Shown here: positions 9,431-19,138 of the stretch, one piece after another | How the letters are laid out: every line of letters begins with the position of its first letter | How positions within the stretch are numbered: position 1 is the first letter of the stretch | From: Burkholderiales bacterium | GTDB taxonomy: Bacteria > Pseudomonadota > Gammaproteobacteria > Burkholderiales > Burkholderiaceae_C | DNA length: 64,000 nt | Assembly: GCA_018971105.1 (NCBI GenBank) | Contig: JAGWVB010000002.1 | Span: 513-64,512, forward strand | Reading direction: 5' to 3' | Notes under the pieces: generated by a model | Told to the model about the DNA's origin: nothing | Database searches by the model: none | Seen by the model: the letters and a program-made list of their open reading frames with translations, nothing else | Position numbers and translations under genes: made by a program

Positions 9431-11569
9431 CTACAGATTCCCCGCGAACAGCCTGCCGATGAAGAGATCCTTGAAACTGTTCGCTTCGTCGATGCCGAGC
9501 CGTTCCAGATAGGCCCGCGGCGCCTCGCGTCCCTCCCAGAGGCTGCGCAGTGCCAGCGTCACGAGTTCGACCGGATGATGGCCAGCCTGCTGCAATCGTT
9601 TGAGGGCAGCGACAATATGCTGCTCGTCAGCGTTGAGGTCGGTACCGAAGGGATAAGGCGGCAGCCAACCGGCATCGATTCCAGGCTGCAGCCGCGCGCG
9701 CAAGGAGGCGGGCGTGTTGGGCCAGCGCTGCGGCGGCAGTTCCCAGCCCGGCTCGAGCTTGCCGGCGGCGCGCGCACGCGTGATCAGTTCCTCCTGGAAG
9801 CGCGCGTCGGCGACCGCGATCAGGCGCTTGACGACCTCGCCGTCGGTGTGCCCGCGCAGGTCGGCGACGCCGTATTCGGTGACGACGAGGTCGCGCAGGT
9901 GGCGCGGTATGGTCTCGTTGCCGCCGCCGTCCCAGACGATGTTGCTGGCCGGTCCGTCCGGGCCCTCGCGCGTCGAGCGCAGCATCAGGATGGAGCGCGC
10001 GTCGGGCAGCGCATGGGCCATCGCGACGAAGTTGTACTGGCCGCCGACGCCCGAGACGACGCCGCCGTCGGCCAGCGTGTCCGAGATCGCCGCGCCCAGC
10101 AGCGTGACCTTCATCGTCGTGTTGATGAAGCGGGCCTTGACGCGCTGCGCGCGCCTGAGCGCGCTGTCGCGCTGCGCCGCACCGTCGAGCTGGTTGACGA
10201 AATCGATGCGCGTCATCTCGACGCGCGAGCGCTCGCCTGCGGCCAGGCCGCGCAGGCGCTCGTAGAAGGCCTGCGGGCCGATGAAGAAGCCGGCCGTGAG
10301 CACGACGCCGCCGGCCAGGCGCGGCCCGAGCAGGGTCGGGCCGATGGCGGCCAGCACCTCGGGGTCGCGCAGGTCGTTGGGCAGTTGCATGCCGTCGGGG
10401 GCGACGAGGCAGTCCTCGCTCAGGCGCACGCCGCGCTGGAACACGCCGTGGCGGATCAGGTACGCGACATCGTCGGCCGTCAGCGGCGAGCGGATGCGGC
10501 CGGCCTGCAGCAGCGCCTGCAGCGTCGCCGCGCTGACCGCCGCCGGTGCGATGTCGCCGCGGTTGATCAGCTGCTGCAGCACGAGGTCGCCGTAGACCTC
10601 GCGCCGCACGATGCCGGCGTCGATCAGCTCGAGCAGGCCGGCGCCGAACATCTCCGAGCAGCCATAGAGGCCGCGGTAGAAGCGTCCGAGCTCGCGGCCC
10701 TGCGCGCCTCCCGGGCTGAGCCCGTCGACGAGCCGGCGGAAGCCGGCGTTCTCGCGTTCGCGCAGGATGAGCGAGCGCGCCACGGCGTCGCCGAGCGAGC
10801 CGATGCCGATCTGCAGCGTGCCGCCGTCGGCGACGAGACTGGCCGCCTGCAGGCCGATCGCGTAATCGGCGTCGGCGACCTCGGTGTTGGGCGGCCCGAA
10901 AAGCCGGTGCGTGCCCTCGGGCGCGTCGACGACGAGGTCGTAGAACATCGGCGCGACCTCGGCGCCGCCGCCCATATAGGGTAGTTCTCGGTTCACGACC
11001 GCGACCTTGTACAGCGGGGCGCCGGCGGCGGCGCAGCGCTCGGCGATCTCGAACGAGAGATCCGGGTTGCTCGACATCGACAGCCGCCAGCGCCCGCCCG
11101 CGCGCGTCTCGGCCACCGCCTGTGCGATCGCATTCACGCCCTGCAGCACCATGTCGCGGGCGACGAAGGTGTAGTTGGAGGCGATGAACGAGCGCTGCGC
11201 CGCGTCGTGGCCGAGATAGGCGCCGGAGCGGAAGAAGAACTCGCGCACCTCGATGTTCGGCGGCAGGCCGGCGCCGCGCGCATCGGCGAGATAGTCGAGC
11301 TCGGGATAGTCGCCGAACAGGCGCTCGACCAGCGGCTCGAGGAAATGGCGCTCGAGCTCGCTGCGGCCCTGCGGCCGCTCGAGCGACAGCGCGGTGACGA
11401 TGACGAGGCGGCGCTCGGGCCGCGCGCGGATGCGGCGGTAGAGCGCGTTGACGAAGCGGTTGGGCTTGCCGATGCCCAGCGGGAGCCCGAGCACGATGGT
11501 GCCGGGCACGGCCGCCAGCAAGCCATCGACCGCGGCTTCCATCGAATCGACGACGCGCGGCTGGGCCAT
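9431..11569 (-). CDS. Acetyl-CoA hydrolase/transferase family protein (long form)
   Basis: [46 protein letters not shown]; start at MAQPR. Confidence 0.85.
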   Translation of the reverse strand: MAQPRVVDSMEAAVDGLLAAVPGTIVLGLPLGIGKPNRFVNALYRRIRARPERRLVIVTALSLERPQGRSELERHFLEPLVERLFGDYPELDYLADARGAGLPPNIEVREFFFRSGAYLGHDAAQRSFIASNYTFVARDMVLQGVNAIAQAVAETRAGGRWRLSMSSNPDLSFEIAERCAAAGAPLYKVAVVNRELPYMGGGAEVAPMFYDLVVDAPEGTHRLFGPPNTEVADADYAIGLQAASLVADGGTLQIGIGSLGDAVARSLILRERENAGFRRLVDGLSPGGAQGRELGRFYRGLYGCSEMFGAGLLELIDAGIVRREVYGDLVLQQLINRGDIAPAAVSAATLQALLQAGRIRSPLTADDVAYLIRHGVFQRGVRLSEDCLVAPDGMQLPNDLRDPEVLAAIGPTLLGPRLAGGVVLTAGFFIGPQAFYERLRGLAAGERSRVEMTRIDFVNQLDGAAQRDSALRRAQRVKARFINTTMKVTLLGAAISDTLADGGVVSGVGGQYNFVAMAHALPDARSILMLRSTREGPDGPASNIVWDGGGNETIPRHLRDLVVTEYGVADLRGHTDGEVVKRLIAVADARFQEELITRARAAGKLEPGWELPPQRWPNTPASLRARLQPGIDAGWLPPYPFGTDLNADEQHIVAALKRLQQAGHHPVELVTLALRSLWEGREAPRAYLERLGIDEANSFKDLFIGRLFAGNL

Positions 11570-11693
11570 GCTGATCTTTCCTCGGATAGGTGCCCGAGTC
11601 TGCGCCCTGCGCGGCGTTCCTGCACGCCGCGCCCGCAATGGCCTGCGGTCCCGCTAGGCCAAAAGCGGGAAGACAGCTTGCTGTGCTAGGCGG

Positions 11694-13949
11694 CTAGAAG
11701 ATGGCCTTGAACTGCAGACCGTAGGTGCGCGGATCGTTGATGAAGCCGGTCAGGTTGTTGAAGTCGATCGCGCCGGTGACCCGGATCTGGTTCGTCAAGT
11801 TGCGCACGTAGAGCGCGAGATCGTACTTGCCGTTGTTCCAGTCGTAGCCGGCGCGCAGCCCGCCCTCGGTCAGCGGCTTGCCGGTGAACTCGATCGAGCG
11901 GTAGAGGAAGAAGTCGACGCTGCTGCGGTAGGTCCAGTCGGTGTAGACGTAGAACTCGTTGCCGCCGCCGGTCGGGATCGCGTAGCGGGCGTTGAGGTTG
12001 CCGGTCCAGCGCGGCGCGTTCGGCAGCTGGTTGCCGTTCACGTAGACCTCGCCGCCGCCGCCGGGGACGGCCGGGCTGGTCACCTTGCAGCCGCCGCCGC
12101 AGCCGGCCACGGTCAGGTTCGGGTCGTGGATCCTGGCGTCGTTGAGGCTGGTGCTGAGCGAGAGCGTCAGATTGTCCAGCGGCAGCAGGTCCAGGCTGAG
12201 CTCGAAGCCCTGACCGATGACCTTGTTCGCGCTCTTGACGGTATTGCTGTTGCCGCCGCCGCCGACCTCGGTGAGCTGGAGGTGGTTGACGTCGTAGCGG
12301 TAGACGGCCGCCGAGAGCCGGCCGCGGCGTTGCCAGAATTCGCTCTTGATGCCGGCCTCGTACGAGGTGATCGTCTCGGGGCCGGCCTGGCTGAGCGGGC
12401 CGAACTCGCCTGCCGGCAGCGTCGTCGACGCGCGGAAGCCGGTGCCGATGCGCGCATAGACGTTGATGTCGGGCGCGATCGCGTACAGCGCCGAGAGATC
12501 CCAGGTCGTCTTCGTGTCGCTGGTGTCGGCGGCGACGCCGTTGCTCGTGTCCAGCACCTGGCCGCCCACCGCCGGCACATAGCTGTAGAGCTGCTTCTTG
12601 TCACGCGTGTAGCGCAGCCCCGCGCCGACCTTGAAGCGTTCGGTGACCTGGTACTTGGCCTCGCCGAACAGCGCCCAGGCCTGGTTCGCCTGATGCGTCT
12701 CCGAGTACACCGGCACCCCGGTGCCATAGGGCGGCGCGTTCGAATAGTCGATGTTCTCCCAGGTGTAGCGCTCGTCGAAGGCGTAGAGGCCGGCCTGCCA
12801 GCTCAGCGGCCCCGGCTGGCGCGACTCGAGCCTGAACTCCTGCGTCAGCTGGCGATGGCCATGCAGCGCGTCCGAGGTCTCGTCGGGGAACAGCGCGACA
12901 TTGAGCGCGCCGGTCGGGTAGGCGTAGATGCTGCCGCCGTCGACATCGCCGCGGCTGAAGGGTCGCACGGTCTCGATCGCGGTGATCGAGTGCAGGTCGG
13001 CGCCCGCCAGCGACCACTTCAGCCGGGCATTGGCACCGGTGGAGGTCACATGCTGGGCGTTGACGCCGTCGATCGACATGCGGTCGGGGTTGAAGCCGGC
13101 GATCAGGTTGTTGGTGCCGGGCTGGATGATGCCGGCGCGGAACAGCCGCGGGCTGCCGTTGAGGTCGCGGTGGTGGATGTTGAACAGCGCGCTGAAGGCC
13201 TGCGACGGCTGGTACAGCGCCTGCAGGCGCACGGCGAGATCCTCGTAGCCCTCGGTGGCCGGGGTCTGCCCGGCGGGGTCGGTGTTGTGGACCCAGTCCT
13301 TGCGGTGCTGGTCCTGGGCCGAGATGCGCATCGCCCAGTCCGGCCCGAGGGCGATGTTGCCGGCCCCTTCGGCGTTGATCGTCCCCAGGTTGCCGAAGCC
13401 GAGGCTGAAGTAGGCGTCGCGCTTGTGCGACGGCGCGACCGAATCGAACTTGACCACGCCGGCCGGCGTGTTGCGGCCGAACAGCGTGCCCTGGGGTCCG
13501 GCCAGCACCTCGACGCTCTGGACGTCGAAGACCGGGAATCCCTTGAGGATCGGGTTTTCCTGGACCACGTCGTCGTAGACCAGCGATACCGGCTGCGAGG
13601 CGTTGAGGTGGAAGTCGGTGTTGCCGTAGCCGCGCAGGTAGAAGCGCGGGAAGGCGCGTCCGAACGACGACTCGATGTTCAGGCTCGGCACGCGGCCGGC
13701 GAGGTCGCGCACGTCCTGGCCGCCGGCGCTCAGCGCGTCCATCAGGTCGCCGCTGACGACGCTGATCGAGCCCGGCACGTCCTGGATGTTCTCGACCCGG
13801 CGCTCGGCCGTGACGGTGATGGTCTGGAGCTGGGTCGGCGCCGTCTGGGCCGCGGCGCCCAGCTGCAGCGAGGCCAGCGCGGCGGCGGCGAGCACTGGGC
13901 GAACCGGCAGCGCCGGCCGCGGCTGACTTGGGGAACGAGACATGACCAT
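11694..13949 (-). CDS. TonB-dependent outer-membrane receptor
   Basis: Signal peptide, TonB-box-like LQTITVTA, plug motif GPQGTLFGRNTPAGVV, C-terminal PRTYGLQFKAIF. Confidence 0.95.
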   Translation of the reverse strand: MVMSRSPSQPRPALPVRPVLAAAALASLQLGAAAQTAPTQLQTITVTAERRVENIQDVPGSISVVSGDLMDALSAGGQDVRDLAGRVPSLNIESSFGRAFPRFYLRGYGNTDFHLNASQPVSLVYDDVVQENPILKGFPVFDVQSVEVLAGPQGTLFGRNTPAGVVKFDSVAPSHKRDAYFSLGFGNLGTINAEGAGNIALGPDWAMRISAQDQHRKDWVHNTDPAGQTPATEGYEDLAVRLQALYQPSQAFSALFNIHHRDLNGSPRLFRAGIIQPGTNNLIAGFNPDRMSIDGVNAQHVTSTGANARLKWSLAGADLHSITAIETVRPFSRGDVDGGSIYAYPTGALNVALFPDETSDALHGHRQLTQEFRLESRQPGPLSWQAGLYAFDERYTWENIDYSNAPPYGTGVPVYSETHQANQAWALFGEAKYQVTERFKVGAGLRYTRDKKQLYSYVPAVGGQVLDTSNGVAADTSDTKTTWDLSALYAIAPDINVYARIGTGFRASTTLPAGEFGPLSQAGPETITSYEAGIKSEFWQRRGRLSAAVYRYDVNHLQLTEVGGGGNSNTVKSANKVIGQGFELSLDLLPLDNLTLSLSTSLNDARIHDPNLTVAGCGGGCKVTSPAVPGGGGEVYVNGNQLPNAPRWTGNLNARYAIPTGGGNEFYVYTDWTYRSSVDFFLYRSIEFTGKPLTEGGLRAGYDWNNGKYDLALYVRNLTNQIRVTGAIDFNNLTGFINDPRTYGLQFKAIF

Positions 13950-14083
13950 GGCGACTCCTGGAAGGGTTAAGTCCTTGTGACTTCCATGATGCCGTCAAGG
14001 CCGCGCGGATGGCTTCGAGCCCCGAGAAACGTCATGCGAGTGACGCATGGGCGCAACATTCGAGGGGTAGATCGAACGAAACA

Positions 14084-14112
14084 CGCCCGAAGGCCGACAC
14101 GGCCTTCGGGCG
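14084..14112 (-). terminator. Rho-independent terminator of the small peptide gene
   Basis: Perfect 12-bp stem CGCCCGAAGGCC / GGCCTTCGGGCG with 5-nt loop, followed on the minus strand by TGTTTCGTTC, 26 nt after the peptide stop. Confidence 0.75.
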
Positions 14113-14138
14113 CGGCAAGCGCAGGTCGAGTTAAGAAA

Positions 14139-14291
14139 TCACTCGAGGTAGACCGTCTGAGTGGGCCTGACGGTCGCCTTTTCCAGATAGACCGTTTGCC
14201 CACCCGAAACCTGGCGCAGCTGCTCCAGGCTCAATTCCGGAATGGTCTTCTGGGTCTCGGTAGGTTGTGCAATCTGCTTCGAGTTCGTCAT
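14139..14291 (-). CDS. 50-aa double-glycine-leader precursor peptide (bacteriocin/RiPP-like): MTNSKQIAQPTETQKTIPELSLEQLRQVSGG-QTVYLEKATVRPTQTVYLE
   Basis: Hand translation; AGGAG RBS 7 nt before ATG; leader ELSLEQLRQVSGG; the two QTVYLE copies differ only at synonymous positions; own terminator; below the ORF-track size cutoff. Confidence 0.85.
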   Translation of the reverse strand: MTNSKQIAQPTETQKTIPELSLEQLRQVSGGQTVYLEKATVRPTQTVYLE

Positions 14292-14298
14292 TCAATAA

Positions 14299-14303
14299 CT
14301 CCT
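14299..14303 (-). promoter_or_regulatory. Shine-Dalgarno site of the peptide gene
   Basis: AGGAG on the minus strand, 7-nt spacer to ATG at 14291. Confidence 0.75.
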
Positions 14304-14485
14304 GTTTATCGTGAGTAAATGCGCCACGAGTGCGCAAGCCACGATCCCATGCCTCGACAGGGAATTGAAGCTGTAAACCTTCGCAGGGAGGACTTCCGCC
14401 TATTCCCGGCGGGCCGTTCGGGTCAACATTCCCCGGACGAGGTGCTTCTGTCGTATCTTGCACGGTTTCATGGCAGAAAGACCCG

Positions 14486-15739
14486 ATGGATCATGTGCCC
14501 GGCCGCAGCCATATCCGCTTGACTTCGCATCCGGGCCAGGGCCCGTCGGGCGCGCCGCCCCTGCACTGGGGCGCGAGCGATCCGCTGCCGCGCGGCCCGG
14601 TCGTCGGCACCACCGCCGACCGCGGCCAACGCAATGTCATCGGCACGCACAGCGGCAGCTACGGCGTCTATCGTGCACTCGCGGTGGCGGCCGGCAACCT
14701 CGGCCGCGGGCACCGCGCCGACCTCACCGACACCGCACCCACCGACCTCGTCGGGCCCTACCCGCAATGGGGCGATGCGGCCCGCATCGTCGCCATCGAC
14801 CCCTGGGGCGCCAGCGTGCAGCAGGTCTACGCCGGGTACCTCGCCGCCGGCTACGACATCCGGCCGACGATCGCCGTCACCAAGGCCCATGTCCACCTGC
14901 CCGAGATCCGCCAGGCGATCGCCTTCCAGCGCCTGGCCATCGACGGCCGCATCCTGCTCGAGGACGCCAGCGCCGCCGTCACCAAGGTCGCGATCGAGCC
15001 GGTCTGGTGGCTGCCCGGGGTCGCCGCGCGCTTCGGCGTCGGCGAGGCCGAGCTGCGCCGCGCGCTGTTCGAGGAAACCGGCGGCATGTACCCCGAACTC
15101 GTCACGCGCAGCGACCTCGAGGTGTTCCTGCCGCCGATCGGCGGCCAGACCCTCTATGTCTTCGGTGACATCCGCGACCTCGCCCGCCCCGAGGTGACGC
15201 TGACCGCGCGCGTGCACGACGAGTGCAACGGCTCGGATGTCTTCGGCAGCGACATCTGCACCTGCCGCCCTTACCTCACGCATGCGATCGAGGAATGCAT
15301 CCGCGGCGCCCAGGCGGGCGGCGTCGGCCTCATCGCCTACAGCCGCAAGGAGGGCCGGGCGCTGGGCGAGGTCACCAAGTTCCTCGTCTACAACGCGCGC
15401 AAGCGCCAGCCCGGCGGCGACCGCGCCGACAAGTACTTCATGCGCACCGAATGCGTCGCCGGCGTGCAGGACATGCGTTTCCAGGAACTGATGCCCGACG
15501 TGCTGCACTGGCTCGGCATCCGCAGGATCCACCGCCTCGTGAGCATGAGCAACGACAAGTACGACGCCATCGTCGGCAGCGGCATCGAGGTCGGCGAGCG
15601 CGTCAAGATCCCCGACGCCCTGGTGCCCGCCGACGCCCGCGTCGAGATCGAGGCCAAGATCGCCGCCGGCTACTTCACCGACCGCAGCGTTCCCCGCGCC
15701 TCCGATCTCGCACGGGTCCAGGGACGCGCCCTTGAGTGA
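14486..15739 (+). CDS. GTP cyclohydrolase II-like protein with N-terminal extension (URC1/Urg1 type)
   Basis: RNVIGTHSGSYGVYRALAVA N-domain; RVHDECNGSDVFGSDICTCRPYL, RKEGRALGEVTKFLVYNARK. Confidence 0.9.
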   Translation: MDHVPGRSHIRLTSHPGQGPSGAPPLHWGASDPLPRGPVVGTTADRGQRNVIGTHSGSYGVYRALAVAAGNLGRGHRADLTDTAPTDLVGPYPQWGDAARIVAIDPWGASVQQVYAGYLAAGYDIRPTIAVTKAHVHLPEIRQAIAFQRLAIDGRILLEDASAAVTKVAIEPVWWLPGVAARFGVGEAELRRALFEETGGMYPELVTRSDLEVFLPPIGGQTLYVFGDIRDLARPEVTLTARVHDECNGSDVFGSDICTCRPYLTHAIEECIRGAQAGGVGLIAYSRKEGRALGEVTKFLVYNARKRQPGGDRADKYFMRTECVAGVQDMRFQELMPDVLHWLGIRRIHRLVSMSNDKYDAIVGSGIEVGERVKIPDALVPADARVEIEAKIAAGYFTDRSVPRASDLARVQGRALE

Positions 15740-16970
15740 AGCCGCCATCCATGTCCTGCGCGGGCTGCACGACCCGGCGACGATACGCAGGCGCTGCCGC
15801 GCCATCCTCGCCGCCGTCGATGACGGCGTGAGCCCGCATTTCAGGATCGATCGCAGCGGCCTGCCGGCGCTCGCCGACCGCGTCGCGGCGCTGACGCGCA
15901 GCCGCTACCCCGACCTCGCGGTGCCGCTGCACAGCCGCTGGCGCCATTTCGAGGCCGGCGGCATCGACCGGCCGCGCCAGCTCGACGCCCTGCTCGCCGG
16001 CCGCAGCGCCGCCGAGGCCGCGCGCGCGCGCTTCGACCTGACCCTGGTCAGCGTGCTGCTCGACGCCGGCGCCGGCCCCGCCTGGTCCTATGCCGAGCCC
16101 GGCAGCGGCCTCACGCTCGCGCGCTCCGAGGGCCTGGGGGTGGCGAGCTGGCATGGCTTCCTCGGCGGGCGCTTTTCGGCCGACCCGGCCGACCCGCTGC
16201 GCGCCGATGCGGCGCGGCTGGAGGTGATCGGCCCCGGCGCCTTGCGCGAACTGTTCCAGGCCGGCGGCGCGAATCCGCTCGTCGGGCTCGACGGGCGTGC
16301 CGGCCTGCTCGCGCGGCTGGGCACGGTGCTGCGCGGCGAAGCCGGCAGCGTCACCGCGCGCCCGGCGCTGATCTACGACCGCCTCACCGACGGCGGCCTG
16401 CGCACCGAGGTCAGCGCCGCCGACCTGCTGGGCGAGCTGCTGCGCACGCTGGCGCCGATCTGGGGCGGCGGCAGCCGCATCCGCGGCCTGCCGGCCGGCG
16501 ATGTCTGGCCGCACCGCTGGGCGGGCGCGGCCACCGGCGGCGGCGAGGACGGCGGCACCGGCGGCTACGTGCCCTTCCACAAGCTGAGCCAATGGATAGC
16601 CTACTCGCTGGTCGAGCCGCTGCAGCGCAGCGGCGTTCGGGTGCGCGGCATCGAGGCCCTCACGGCGCTGCCCGAATACCGCAACGGCGGCCTGCTGATC
16701 GACGGCGGCGTCGTCGTGCCGCGCGCCGCCCACGCGCTCCAGCGCCCCTGGCGGCCGGGCGACGAGTTCGTCGTCGAATGGCGCGCGCTGACGGTGGCGC
16801 TGCTCGACGAGCTCGCGCCGCTGGTGCGCGAGCGACTCGACGCCCCGGACCTGCCGCTGGCCTGCATCCTCGAAGGCGGCACCTGGGCCGCCGGGCGCGA
16901 GATCGCGCGCGAGCGGCGCCGCGACGGCGCGCCGCCGCTGAAGATCGAATCCGACGGCACCCTGTTCTGA
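15732..16970 (+). CDS. URC4/Urg3 family (DUF1688) protein
   Basis: HSRWRHFEAGG, VSVLLDAGAG, RSEGL, FHKLSQW, LPEYRNGGLL, VEWRALTV, LEGGTW; overlaps upstream gene. Confidence 0.88.
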   Translation: MSEAAIHVLRGLHDPATIRRRCRAILAAVDDGVSPHFRIDRSGLPALADRVAALTRSRYPDLAVPLHSRWRHFEAGGIDRPRQLDALLAGRSAAEAARARFDLTLVSVLLDAGAGPAWSYAEPGSGLTLARSEGLGVASWHGFLGGRFSADPADPLRADAARLEVIGPGALRELFQAGGANPLVGLDGRAGLLARLGTVLRGEAGSVTARPALIYDRLTDGGLRTEVSAADLLGELLRTLAPIWGGGSRIRGLPAGDVWPHRWAGAATGGGEDGGTGGYVPFHKLSQWIAYSLVEPLQRSGVRVRGIEALTALPEYRNGGLLIDGGVVVPRAAHALQRPWRPGDEFVVEWRALTVALLDELAPLVRERLDAPDLPLACILEGGTWAAGREIARERRRDGAPPLKIESDGTLF

Positions 16971-17005
16971 ACCGGCGGCCGAAAGCCTAACGTCGAAAGC
17001 GAGCG

Positions 17006-17641
17006 ATGAGCGCAGCCGAAGTCCACGTCATCACCCACCCGCTGGTCCAGCACAAGCTGACGCTGATGCGGCAGAAGGACCTCAGCACGGCCAGCTTCAG
17101 GCGCCTGCTGCACGAGATCGCGATGCTCATGGCCTACGAGGTCACGCGCGAGATGCCGACGCAGCTGATCGAGATCGAGACCCCGCTCGAGACGATGCGC
17201 TCGCCGGTGATCGAGGGCCGCAAGACCGTCTTCGTCGTCATCATGCGCGCCGGCAGCGGCTTGCTCGACGGCATGCTCGAGATCGTGCCCGGCGCGCGCG
17301 TCGGCCATGTCGGCCTCTACCGCGACCCGAAGACGCTGGTCGCGATCGAGTACTACTTCAAGATGCCGCAGGACATGGCCGAACGCGACGCCATCGTGCT
17401 CGACCCGATGCTGGCCACCGGCAACTCGGCCGTCGCCGCGGTGGAACGGCTGAAGGAGACGCGGCCGCGCTCGATCCGCTTCGTCTGCCTGCTCGCCGCG
17501 CCCGAGGGGCTGCGCAACTTCCACGCCCATCACCCCGGCGTGCCGGTCTACGCGGCCGCCGTCGACCGCGAACTCGACGGCCACGGCTACATCCGGCCCG
17601 GGCTGGGCGACGCCGGCGACCGGCTCTTCGGCACCAAGTGA
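17006..17641 (+). CDS. upp: Uracil phosphoribosyltransferase
   Basis: [44 protein letters not shown]. Confidence 0.97.
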   Translation: MSAAEVHVITHPLVQHKLTLMRQKDLSTASFRRLLHEIAMLMAYEVTREMPTQLIEIETPLETMRSPVIEGRKTVFVVIMRAGSGLLDGMLEIVPGARVGHVGLYRDPKTLVAIEYYFKMPQDMAERDAIVLDPMLATGNSAVAAVERLKETRPRSIRFVCLLAAPEGLRNFHAHHPGVPVYAAAVDRELDGHGYIRPGLGDAGDRLFGTK

Positions 17642-17660
17642 AGCCCCGGCCGGCGCGTTC

Positions 17661-18110
17661 TCAGCCGTCGGCGTAGGGGTCGGCGACGCCGAGCGCGGCC
17701 AGGATCGCGGTCTCGCGCGCCTGCATGCGCGCGGCCTCGTCGTCGTCCTCGTGGTCCCAGCCCTGCGCGTGCAGCGTGCCGTGGACGAGCAGATGGGCGT
17801 AATGCGCGGTCAGGCCGATGCCCTGCTCGGCCGCCTCGCGCGCGACCACCGGCGCGCACAGCACGAGGTCGGCGACGACCGTCGGCGCATGCTCGTAATC
17901 GAAGGTCAGCACGTTGGTGGCGTAGTCGCGCGCGCGGTAGTCGCGGTTCAACGCACGCGCCTCGTCGGCGCCGACGATGCGCACGGCGATCTGCGCCGGC
18001 GCATCGAGCGCGGCGCGGATCCAGCGCTGCACCCGGTGGCGCGGCAGCTCGGCGCGATGGCCAGGGTCGGCGAACTGCAGCGACAGCTGCAGCGGCGGCC
18101 GCGCCTTCAC
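17661..18110 (-). CDS. ybeY: rRNA maturation endoribonuclease YbeY
   Basis: [32 protein letters not shown]. Confidence 0.95.
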   Translation of the reverse strand: MKARPPLQLSLQFADPGHRAELPRHRVQRWIRAALDAPAQIAVRIVGADEARALNRDYRARDYATNVLTFDYEHAPTVVADLVLCAPVVAREAAEQGIGLTAHYAHLLVHGTLHAQGWDHEDDDEAARMQARETAILAALGVADPYADG

Positions 18111-19084
18111 GCCGCGGCGTCCTTCACGCCTTGCGCCCGGCGCGCGCGGTCGTAGGCATCGACGATGCGCGCCACGAGCGGATGGCGCACGACGTCGCCA
18201 GCGCCGAACTCGGTGAACGCGATGCCCTCGACGCCCTGCAGCACCGCGCGCGCATCGACGAGCCCGCTCGTCACGCCCTGGGGCAGGTCGACCTGGCTCA
18301 CGTCGCCGTTGATGACGCAGCGGCTGCCGAAGCCGATGCGGGTGAGGAACATCTTCATCTGCTCGCGCGTCGTGTTCTGCGCCTCGTCGAGGATGACGAA
18401 GGCGTGGTTGAGCGTGCGCCCGCGCATGAAGGCCAGCGGCGCGATCTCGATCAGGCCCTTGTCGAAGGCCTTGGCGACGCGGTCCAGCCCCATCAGGTCG
18501 TAGAGCGCGTCGTAGAGCGGCCGCAGATAGGGGTCGACCTTCTGCGCCAGGTCGCCGGGCAGGAACCCGAGCCGCTCGCCCGCCTCGACCGCCGGGCGCG
18601 TGAGCACGATGCGCTGCACGCCGTGGCGCTCGAGCGCGTCGACGGCGCAGGCGACGGCCAGGAAGGTCTTGCCGGTGCCGGCCGGGCCGATGCCGAAGGT
18701 GATGTCGTGCACCAGCATCTGGCGCAGGTAGCGCACCTGGTTGGGCGTGCGGCCGGCGAGATCGCTGTGGCGGGTGTGCAGCACGACGGCCTCGTCGTCG
18801 GCCGCCGGCGCCGTCACCGCGCTGTAGTCGCGCAGCACGAGCTGCAGCTGCTGCGCGCCGATCGGCGCGCGCGCCATCGCGTAGAGCGTGTCGAGCAGGC
18901 GCACCGCACGCTCGATGCCGTCGCGCGGCCCCTCGATGCGGAAGCTCGCATCGCGCCGCTGCAGCGTCACCGCCAGCGCCGCCTCGATCGCGCGCAGATG
19001 GCCGTCGAGCGGCCCGCAGAGCTGGGCCAGGCGGCGGTTGTCGGCGCCTTCGAAGACGTGGCGCCGGATCAAGGAAGCGTGCAT
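18107..19084 (-). CDS. PhoH-like ATPase (YbeZ)
   Basis: GPAGTGKT Walker [36 protein letters not shown]; coupled to ybeY. Confidence 0.95.
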   Translation of the reverse strand: MHASLIRRHVFEGADNRRLAQLCGPLDGHLRAIEAALAVTLQRRDASFRIEGPRDGIERAVRLLDTLYAMARAPIGAQQLQLVLRDYSAVTAPAADDEAVVLHTRHSDLAGRTPNQVRYLRQMLVHDITFGIGPAGTGKTFLAVACAVDALERHGVQRIVLTRPAVEAGERLGFLPGDLAQKVDPYLRPLYDALYDLMGLDRVAKAFDKGLIEIAPLAFMRGRTLNHAFVILDEAQNTTREQMKMFLTRIGFGSRCVINGDVSQVDLPQGVTSGLVDARAVLQGVEGIAFTEFGAGDVVRHPLVARIVDAYDRARRAQGVKDAAA

Positions 19085-19138
19085 TCAGTCATGGCCGGCC
19101 ATTGTCGCAGCGCCGGGCCCAGGCACAATCGGCCCAGC

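Noticed and set aside
14131-14463. 110-aa minus-strand ORF (MQDTTEAPRPG...) overlapping the peptide gene
   Set aside because: Different frame, no recognisable motif or RBS; the 50-aa frame has RBS, leader motif and synonymous-only repeat divergence
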